From positions 320,001 through 384,000 of the forward strand of contig CBDUPA010000003.1 in the NCBI GenBank assembly GCA_965368975.1: DNA of 64,000 bases. The letters run 5' to 3'. Position 1 is the first letter of the stretch. The number at the start of each line of letters is the position of its first letter. Source of the stretch: an uncultured bacterium (GTDB lineage: Bacteria; Acidobacteriota; Thermoanaerobaculia; Multivoradales; JAHZIX01). Of the stretch, positions 9,697 to 17,012 are shown piece by piece. Below the pieces are notes generated by a model. The model had not been told where the DNA came from. It made no database searches and worked only from the letters and a program-made list of their open reading frames with translations. The position numbers and the translations under genes were made by a program.

Positions 9697-9810
9697 CTTG
9701 CCTCCGATCTGTTCCCTTGTCCCTCCAGCCGGTTCTCTCAAAGTTGCTCGTGGTTGCGATGTGTTTCCCTTTGGGTCCACCCAACTCACTTCCGATGTAA
9801 GGAGAGAACC

Positions 9811-10365
9811 ATGCGTCATTGCATGCAGGGACGTGCCGCTTCGTGGTCGCTTTGGACCGCGGCGGTACTACTGACGCTCGGTGTGACGTCGGCCCGTGCC
9901 GACGAGGCACTAGCAGCCACGAGCGCCGACGAGGCACTAGTAGCCACAAGCGCCGACGAGGCACTAGCAGCCACGAGCGCTGACGAGGCCACCCCAGTAG
10001 CCGAGGTCGCACCAGCGACCCTCGATTTGGGGGGCTTCCTGGCCTTCGCCGATCCCGAGACCGGCGAAGTGCGCGCGCCCAACGCTGAAGAAGCTGCCGC
10101 GCTCGCCCAGGCGCTGGGGAAGCGCGGTGTGCAACTGCACGCCCGCTCCGTCCAGCCGATCCAGGTCCGGACCTTGCCCAACGGCATGGAGGCGGCACTG
10201 CTGGGTCTGGAGTCGGTGAACTTCAGCTTTGCCCAGATCCAGGCGGACGGTTCCGTCGCGTTCACCTGTGGTCTGGATCACGACCACAGCGAAGATGTGT
10301 CCGCCCCTCGGACGGACAACCGCCAGGTCCATCAGCAACGCCGCGCCACGCGGCCCGTGATGTGA
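9811..10365 (+). CDS. Small secreted protein (post-PEP-CTERM-1-like domain), copy 2
   Basis: RBS TAAGGAG before ATG 9811; signal peptide ending ARA-D; GFLAFADPETGEVRAPNAEEAAALAQAL and QADGSVAFTCGLDHDH, matching the 7403 protein. Confidence 0.8.
   Translation: MRHCMQGRAASWSLWTAAVLLTLGVTSARADEALAATSADEALVATSADEALAATSADEATPVAEVAPATLDLGGFLAFADPETGEVRAPNAEEAAALAQALGKRGVQLHARSVQPIQVRTLPNGMEAALLGLESVNFSFAQIQADGSVAFTCGLDHDHSEDVSAPRTDNRQVHQQRRATRPVM
9898..9989 (+). repeat. 27-bp in-frame tandem repeat (3 copies plus a partial), encoding ADEALAATS
   Basis: GCCGACGAGGCACTAGCAGCCACGAGC at 9898, 9925 (2 mismatches) and 9952, with a partial copy at 9979. Confidence 0.9.
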
Positions 10366-10376
10366 GGAGCCACGCC

Positions 10377-12170
10377 ATGAAGAATCTACGCTTCCTCCTC
10401 ACAGCCCTTGTCCTCGTCGCTCTGCTCGCGGCTCCGTCGGCTCCGGCCTTCGGCGACGCGACCTTCATCATCAACAACCTGGATCCACCGGGTGCAGGTT
10501 TCAACGATCCGACACCGGTGGCACCGGTGGGCGGCAACCCGGGGGTGACCTTGGGCGAACAGCGCTTGAACGTCTTCGAGTACGCTGCGGCCGCTTGGGG
10601 ACAGGTGATCGACAGCGACGTTGACATCGTCGTCGGTGCCGTCTTCGTGCCTCTGGGTTGCAGCCCCTTCGCGGCGACCTTGGGTTCGGCCGGCTCGCTG
10701 CAGGTCTTCGCCTTTCCGCCGGGCTTCCTGCCCAACGTCGTGCCGGAAGTCTGGTACCACTCGGCTCTGACCAATGCTCTGGCTGGCTTCGATGCCACTC
10801 CCGGTCCGCCGGACCCGTTCCTTGGCTTCGGCAACGACGAGATCTTCGCCTTCTTCAACAGCGCGATCGACAACAATCCCGACTGCTTGCCCGGCAACTG
10901 GTACTACGGTTTGGATCACAACAACGACCCCGTGGACGTCGACCTGCTGTCGGTGGTGATGCACGAGTTTGCGCATGGCCTTGGTTTTGCCAACTTCACC
11001 AACGAGACGACCGGTGCCCCGCTGGGCGGCCGTACCGATATCTTCTCCGTATTCACTCTCGATACGACGCAGAACAAGACCTGGGCCGAGATGACCGACG
11101 CCGAGCGTCAAGCTTCGGCGATCAATGATGGCAACGTGGTGTGGAACGGCGCCAACGTGACCGACAACGCACCTCGTTACTTGAACGCGCGGCCGCAGCT
11201 GGTGGTCAACAAGCCGTCAGCGTACCGGGCCACCTACCCAGCGCAGGACGCTGAGTTCGGGCCCGCGCTGTCGGACTTCGGCAAGCTCGGCAAGCTGGTG
11301 CTGGCGGACGACGGAGTCGGCGAGGCCGCCGATGCCTGTGAGCCGCTGACCAACAACGTCAATCGTCGCATCGTCCTGGTCGATCGTGGTTCCTGCTCCT
11401 TCGTGCAGAAGGTGCTGAACGCGCAGGCCGGCGGCGCGCGCGCGGTGGTCGTCGCCAACAACCTGCCGGACGGTCTTCCGCCGATGGGCGGCGCCGATCC
11501 GACGGTCACCATCCCGTCCATCGGCGTCTCGCAGGCGGCGGGTGACGATCTCAAGGCGGCACTGGCGTCACTCGACGATCTACGTGTCACGGCAACTGAT
11601 GACGAGAGCGCAGATGCCGACGAGGCGGACAAGTTCTTCTTCGGCGGTAGCGTCGTGGTGACCTTGAACCGCAACCAGGATCTGCGGATCGGTGCCAACG
11701 ATGCCGGGCAGGTGTTGATCTACGCGCCGCCGGTCGTGCAGTCGGGCTCGTCGCTGTCGCACTGGGACACGTCGGCGACGCCGAACCTACTGATGGAGCC
11801 CTTCATCAGTGATGACCTGACACCGGCTGTCGATGTCGATCTGACGCGGCACCTGTTCCAGGACATCGGCTGGCTCCTGGCCGACAGTGATGCTGACGGT
11901 GTGCCCAACGCCGACGACATGTGCTCGGCATCGGACCTGACGCCGACGGTGGTGATTGATGGCTGCGACAGCGGTGCCGCCAACGTGCTCCTGGACGATG
12001 GCTGCAGCGTCAGTGACGAGTTGCAGCAGTGTGCGGACGAAGCCAACAACCACGGTCAGTACGTGCTGTGCGTGGCGGCGAAGACCACGACCTTGTGGCT
12101 GTTCCACATCATCAGCGGCTCGGACGCACTAGCGATCAACGCTTGTGCGCTGCAGTCGAGCCTGCCCTGA
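10377..12170 (+). CDS. Secreted PA-domain zinc metallopeptidase, copy 2
   Basis: RBS GAGGAG; signal peptide MKNLRFLL; MHEFAHGLGF; PA domain IVLVDRGSCSFVQKVLNAQAGGA; SHWDTSATPNLLMEP; TSP3-like DSDADGVPNADDMC; ends QSSLP like copy 1. Confidence 0.85.
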   Translation: MKNLRFLLTALVLVALLAAPSAPAFGDATFIINNLDPPGAGFNDPTPVAPVGGNPGVTLGEQRLNVFEYAAAAWGQVIDSDVDIVVGAVFVPLGCSPFAATLGSAGSLQVFAFPPGFLPNVVPEVWYHSALTNALAGFDATPGPPDPFLGFGNDEIFAFFNSAIDNNPDCLPGNWYYGLDHNNDPVDVDLLSVVMHEFAHGLGFANFTNETTGAPLGGRTDIFSVFTLDTTQNKTWAEMTDAERQASAINDGNVVWNGANVTDNAPRYLNARPQLVVNKPSAYRATYPAQDAEFGPALSDFGKLGKLVLADDGVGEAADACEPLTNNVNRRIVLVDRGSCSFVQKVLNAQAGGARAVVVANNLPDGLPPMGGADPTVTIPSIGVSQAAGDDLKAALASLDDLRVTATDDESADADEADKFFFGGSVVVTLNRNQDLRIGANDAGQVLIYAPPVVQSGSSLSHWDTSATPNLLMEPFISDDLTPAVDVDLTRHLFQDIGWLLADSDADGVPNADDMCSASDLTPTVVIDGCDSGAANVLLDDGCSVSDELQQCADEANNHGQYVLCVAAKTTTLWLFHIISGSDALAINACALQSSLP

Positions 12171-12237
12171 GCCTCAGCTCAGGACCAGCCCTCGACGTGA
12201 ACGCTACTTCCAGGCTCTAAAGGCCTGGGCGTGGAGA

Positions 12238-12261
12238 AGGGCGGCCCACCGGGGCCGCCCT
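12238..12261. terminator. Hairpin between the convergent peptidase 2 and TPR genes
   Basis: AGGGCGGCCC-accg-GGGCCGCCCT perfect 10-bp stem, similar to the hairpin after peptidase 1. Confidence 0.55.
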
Positions 12262-12310
12262 GGAACTGCTCACAGAGTCCGAGACGCTCTCGGCCTGGGG
12301 GGAGGTGGTT

Positions 12311-13519
12311 TCAGCCGGCACCCTTGCGCGCCATGCAGTCTTCCATGCTCGGTGGAATCGCCCCGCGGTTGAGTTCCGCCGTGATCTCCTGGCGGCACGC
12401 CTGCTCGACCCGTTGGCGTCGTTCCTCGGCGTCGAGGCGAGCGTTGTCTCGAAAGATCTGCTCGTTCTTCTCGACTCGCGCCAGCGCGTCGGTATCGCCG
12501 GCCTGCGTATAGGCCTCCTTGGCCTCGTCGAAGTAGTCCGGCTCCGGCAGCTTCTCGTAGATGCTGCCCAGCTGCCGCCAGATCCGTGTCTGCGAGTCTG
12601 CGGGCGCCAGGCCTTGGGCGCGCTTGAGTTCGCTTTCGGCGGTCCTGTAGTCCTGCCTGCCGAGCAGGATCTGGCCGCGGTAGAACGCGGGCTCCCAGGC
12701 CGCCGGATCGGCCTCGGCGGCCTTGCCGAAGGTGCTGAAGGCGGCGTCCTCACGGCCCGCTTGCAACTGCAGGTTGCCGAGTAGGGAGAGCGTCTCGCCG
12801 CTGGCATCGAGGCGGGCTAGTCCCTCGCCGACCGCTGCCGCCCGGCTGTAGGCCGCGGCCTTGCCGGTTTCGGGAGCCTGACGCGCGTCACGGACCAGGG
12901 CGGAGAGATAGAGCCGCTGCGCGTCGGCATCGTCGGGGTCCAACTCGGCGCTGCGTTGCAGAGCTGGCAAAGCCCGCTCCAGATCGCCGTGCCTGAGTTC
13001 CAGCGAGCCATAGGTCCGCTGCAGCTTGGCGTTATCCGGCTCCAGGCGGACGGCGTGGGCCAGATCCGAGAGTGCCTCGGAGGGGTGTCCCGCTTGTAGC
13101 AAGGCTTGGCCCCGAAGCTGATACAGGGTGCCGCGATTGGCTTCGGGCAGCGAACGCGCATCGACCTTGCCCAGGATGGTCGCAGCCTGGTTGGCCTGAC
13201 CGAGTTCGAGGTAGGTGCGCCCGAGCGTCAGCACCGTTGTGCCGTCGTCGGGCTTGAGCTCGTGCGCCCGACTCAGGTGCGCGACGGCATCTTGCTTGCG
13301 GTTCAGGGCGAGCAGCGAACGGCCGAGCATCAGGTGTCCACCGGGCCAGTCTGGTTGCAGGTCGACGACGTGCTGGAAATTCTGTGCGGCGGTGGTGTAG
13401 TCGCCACCACGGAAAGCGGTGACCCCGGTCTGCCAGTCGGCCGCGGCAGGCAAGGCGGTGAGGGCGAGCAGCGCCAGCAGTGGCGCCAGAGTGCGCAGGA
13501 AGTTGGGGGAACGCAGCAT
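12311..13519 (-). CDS. Secreted tetratricopeptide repeat protein
   Basis: RBS AAGGAGG before ATG 13519; signal peptide ending AAA-D; multiple TPR patterns (LGRSLLAL...A...L.P, RGQALLQAG, LGNLQLQAG). Confidence 0.85.
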   Translation of the reverse strand: MLRSPNFLRTLAPLLALLALTALPAAADWQTGVTAFRGGDYTTAAQNFQHVVDLQPDWPGGHLMLGRSLLALNRKQDAVAHLSRAHELKPDDGTTVLTLGRTYLELGQANQAATILGKVDARSLPEANRGTLYQLRGQALLQAGHPSEALSDLAHAVRLEPDNAKLQRTYGSLELRHGDLERALPALQRSAELDPDDADAQRLYLSALVRDARQAPETGKAAAYSRAAAVGEGLARLDASGETLSLLGNLQLQAGREDAAFSTFGKAAEADPAAWEPAFYRGQILLGRQDYRTAESELKRAQGLAPADSQTRIWRQLGSIYEKLPEPDYFDEAKEAYTQAGDTDALARVEKNEQIFRDNARLDAEERRQRVEQACRQEITAELNRGAIPPSMEDCMARKGAG

Positions 13520-13782
13520 GAGAGACCTCCTTCGGGGGATCCGCGGAGCCGGAAGCGGCTCCCTGTACTGGTTATGACAACGGAGGCGGACTGATTTGTT
13601 CCGATTCGCCGCAGAAAGAGACATTTCATGATTGTCGTGTGAGCTGTTGCACTTCGGTCTGAGGGTCTCAGCACCAGGGGAGAGTGCGGGGTGGTTGATA
13701 GATTCATAGCTACTTTGGTATATTCGGCGAAGTTGCTTTGTGACGAGTCCTCCCCCAAGGACGAGCAGGCAGGGAGATGAAG

Positions 13783-15477
13783 ATGAGCGAGGTTTCGACA
13801 CGCCCGCGTGAGGCGGGTTTCAGCCGGCGTTCCTTGTGGGGAGGTCGGCAACGGCCCAAGAGCCACGAGACGCGCCGCCAGGTACAGCCGCTGCGCTCGG
13901 CAGAGCGGCACCGGCAGCGGGTACGAGCGACAGAGAAGAGCAACGCCGGCAGTGTGCCACCGCTGGCGGTCATCGCCCTCAACCGCATGGGCTTTGGCCC
14001 GCGCCCCGGCGATCTCGAAGCTTTCGACACTCTTGGTGCAACGGACGAGGCGCGCTTGCAGGCCTACGTCGACCAGCAACTCGACCCGGCGTCGATCGAC
14101 GACAGCGCCCTCGACACTCGCTTGGCTGCCGCCGGCTACACCACGCTCGGCAAAGGTGCCGCGCAGCTGTGGGCCGACCACGTGACGCCGGATCCGCCGT
14201 GGGAGGTGCGCATGCGACCGGTGGCTGAGAGTGAGCGGGCGGTCTTCCTACGCGCCGTTCACAGCCGCCGGCAACTGGTCGAAGTTCTGGCGGACTTCTG
14301 GCACAACCACTTCAACGTCTATGCCTGGGAGTATTCGACCGGGCCGCTGTGGGTGAGCTACGACCGCGACGTCATTCGCGGCCACATGCTGGGCAACTTT
14401 CGCGCCTTCCTGGAAGCCGTGGCGACCAGCGTGCCGATGCTCTACTACTTGGACAATTACACCAACAGCAACGGCGGTCCGAATGAGAACTACGCCCGTG
14501 AGCTGTGTGAACTGCACGGCTTCGGCGCCGAGAACTACCTCGGAGTCCTGCGTCAGAATCTGGTGCCCGAGGAGAATGGAGTACCGGTCGGCTACGTCGA
14601 CGACGACGTCTACGAAGCAACGCGCGCGTTCACCGGTTGGACGATCGACTGGGATACCGGCCAGTTCATGTATCGCGTTGACTGGCACGACCGTTTCCAG
14701 AAGAACGTGCTCGGGGTCTTCCTGCCCGCAGATCAACCGGATCTGCGCGACGGTCGCGACGTGCTCGACGCCATCGCCGCTCACCCGGGCACCGCGCGCT
14801 TCATCGCGCGCAAGCTGTGCCGACGCCTGATCGCCGACGAGCCGCCGCAGAGCGTCGTCGACGCGGCGGCGGCCGTGTTCTCGGCACAACAGGCCGCGCC
14901 CGATCAGCTGGCACAGGTGGTGCGCACGATCTTGCTGTCCCCGGAACTCGCCACGACCTGGGGCGAAAAGGTCAAGCGGCCGTTCGAGCTGGCGGTCAGT
15001 GCTCTGCGGGCCACCGGTGCCGAACTCGACCTGCGTCTCGGCCACGGTACCTCGGACACCTTCATGTGGCTCTATGGGCAAACGGGCCAATTGCCGTTCC
15101 GCTGGCGTCCGCCCAATGGCTATCCAGACTTCAAGGAGGACTGGCTGAGCACGACGCCGCTACTGATGAGCTGGCGCTTGATCAACTGGCTGGTCGACGA
15201 GACAGACGGATCCGTCACCGGTAATCCCCACATCATCGATGCCGTCGGACAGACGCCAGTGCACGTGCGCACGGCCACCGAGTTGGTCGACTTCTGGAGC
15301 CAGCGCCTGCTCGGTCGGGCTCTGTGTGCCGCAGAGCGGCAAGAAGTGCTCGATTTCATGGCCGCAGGTCGCAATCCCGATCTCGACCTGCCTGTGACGA
15401 CCGACGAGGACGTCCAGGAGCGCCTGCGCTCGATGCTCGGCCTGTTGCTCATTTCCCCCGAGTTCCTGCTGCGTTGA
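13783..15477 (+). CDS. DUF1800 domain-containing protein
   Basis: LNRMGFGPRPG, FWHNHF, MLYYLDN, PNENYARELCELH, ATRAFTGW, KVKRPFE and PPNGYP. The start could alternatively be 13777. Confidence 0.88.
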   Translation: MSEVSTRPREAGFSRRSLWGGRQRPKSHETRRQVQPLRSAERHRQRVRATEKSNAGSVPPLAVIALNRMGFGPRPGDLEAFDTLGATDEARLQAYVDQQLDPASIDDSALDTRLAAAGYTTLGKGAAQLWADHVTPDPPWEVRMRPVAESERAVFLRAVHSRRQLVEVLADFWHNHFNVYAWEYSTGPLWVSYDRDVIRGHMLGNFRAFLEAVATSVPMLYYLDNYTNSNGGPNENYARELCELHGFGAENYLGVLRQNLVPEENGVPVGYVDDDVYEATRAFTGWTIDWDTGQFMYRVDWHDRFQKNVLGVFLPADQPDLRDGRDVLDAIAAHPGTARFIARKLCRRLIADEPPQSVVDAAAAVFSAQQAAPDQLAQVVRTILLSPELATTWGEKVKRPFELAVSALRATGAELDLRLGHGTSDTFMWLYGQTGQLPFRWRPPNGYPDFKEDWLSTTPLLMSWRLINWLVDETDGSVTGNPHIIDAVGQTPVHVRTATELVDFWSQRLLGRALCAAERQEVLDFMAAGRNPDLDLPVTTDEDVQERLRSMLGLLLISPEFLLR

Positions 15478-15497
15478 GCCGCGAGAGGAGATTTACG

Positions 15498-16907
15498 ATG
15501 TGTCATGACAAGAACAACCACCGGCGAACCGCCGGGACTCCTCTGACCCGGCGCTCCTTCCTCGGGGGCACGCTCATGGGCTGCTCGGCAGCGATCGCCG
15601 GCATGGCCGGCGCGCGTCTCAGCTTTGCCTCGTTTCAGGACCCGGCGAAGATGGCGGGTGGTGAGGAAGTGCTAGTCGTCGTCTTCTTGCGCGGTGGTGC
15701 CGATGGTCTCAGCATCGTGCCGCCGATCGACGGTGTCGACCGCGCCTTCTACGAGGCTGCCCGGCCCGAGCTGCAGATTCCGCTGACCGGCCCCAACGCG
15801 GCCTTGCCGCTGACCAGCAACTTTGGCTTGCATCCGGCGGCGGCGCCGCTGCACGAGCTGTACCAGGACGGCTACCTGGCGGTCGTGCAGGCGGTGGGCA
15901 TGAACGTCGACACGCGTAGCCACTTCGACGCCATGGAGTTCCTCGAACTCGGCACACCGGGCTCGAAGAGCAGCACCGAGGGTTGGCTGACCCGGCACCT
16001 GGCGAGCGCCAGCAACCTGCCGGCCGACATCTTGATGCCGTCGCTGGCGGTGGGGGAGTTGCAGCCAACCTCGTTGGTGGGCGACCGCGACACCTTGGCC
16101 ATGGACGATCCCGGCAACTTCAACCTCAATACGGGTCCGTGGTTGTGGCGCTATCCGCAGCGAACGGCCCTACGCCGTCTCTATGCCAGCGGCGCGTCGC
16201 TGTTCCACGATGCCGGTCTGCAGGCGCTCAACGCGGCGGACTTGATCGAGGCCTTCGTCCATGACGATTACGTGCCGAGCCACGGAGCCAGCTATCCCAG
16301 CAACAGCTTCGGCGACCAGCTACGCATCGTCGCGCAGATGATCAAGCTCGACGTCGGTCTCCGTGTCGTCACCGTCGACCTCGGCGGCTGGGATACACAC
16401 GAGAACCAGGGCACGCAAGGCGGTGGCTACTTCGCCGGCCTGGTGGGCACCCTGGCGCAAGGGCTGCACGCCCTGTTCACCGATCTCGACGGCGCTGGCG
16501 CCGGCAACTACACGCAACGTCTCACCGCGGTGGTGCAGAGTGAGTTCGGGCGCCGCTTGCGCAGCAATGCCGACGACGGCCTCGACCACGGCCACGGCAA
16601 CGCCATGCTGGTGCTCAGCGGCAATGCCATCGGTGGTGTCCACGGCACGTTCCCGGGTCTGGCCACCGAGCAGCTCTACGACAACGCGGACCTCGCCGTC
16701 ACGACTGACTTCCGGCGCGTGCTGAGCGAGATCCTGATCCGACGCATGGGAAACTCCAATCTCGGTGCGGTGTTCCCTGGCTACAGCAGCTACGCCCCGC
16801 TGGGCATCGTGCAAGGTGTCGACGTGACGCCGATCACCGGGGAGACTCTGTTCACAGACAGTTTCGAGAGCGGCAACATGGATCAGTGGACGGTCGCCCA
16901 GCCGTAG
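15498..16907 (+). CDS. DUF1501 domain-containing protein with Tat signal
   Basis: LTRRSFLG twin-arginine motif; VVVFLRGGADGL, RSHFDA, GGWDTH, SEFGRR, DHGHG and TTDFR; follows DUF1800, the usual pairing. Confidence 0.88.
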   Translation: MCHDKNNHRRTAGTPLTRRSFLGGTLMGCSAAIAGMAGARLSFASFQDPAKMAGGEEVLVVVFLRGGADGLSIVPPIDGVDRAFYEAARPELQIPLTGPNAALPLTSNFGLHPAAAPLHELYQDGYLAVVQAVGMNVDTRSHFDAMEFLELGTPGSKSSTEGWLTRHLASASNLPADILMPSLAVGELQPTSLVGDRDTLAMDDPGNFNLNTGPWLWRYPQRTALRRLYASGASLFHDAGLQALNAADLIEAFVHDDYVPSHGASYPSNSFGDQLRIVAQMIKLDVGLRVVTVDLGGWDTHENQGTQGGGYFAGLVGTLAQGLHALFTDLDGAGAGNYTQRLTAVVQSEFGRRLRSNADDGLDHGHGNAMLVLSGNAIGGVHGTFPGLATEQLYDNADLAVTTDFRRVLSEILIRRMGNSNLGAVFPGYSSYAPLGIVQGVDVTPITGETLFTDSFESGNMDQWTVAQP

Positions 16908-16937
16908 AGGGGCCCGGAGCCCGTGCCGGGTCCCCTC
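16907..16937 (+). terminator. GC hairpin after the DUF1501 gene
   Basis: GAGGGGCCCGG...CCGGGTCCCCTC inverted repeat right at the stop codon; no U tract. Confidence 0.4.
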
Positions 16938-17012
16938 GCGGTGGGCGGCCGTCCGGATTTCGGGCGCAAGACCCCAGCTCGCGACCGAGGAGGGTGCGAT
17001 AGACTGCCGTCC

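Noticed and set aside
7843-9819. 658-aa minus-strand ORF, and similar long antisense ORFs at 17721-19280, 33318-34574, 53598-55376 and 60281-61705
   Set aside because: Shadow frames opposite well-supported genes, expected from high-GC codon bias; no recognisable motifs.
9898-9989. 27-bp repeats as a possible CRISPR array
   Set aside because: No spacers, in frame within a CDS, and no cas genes.
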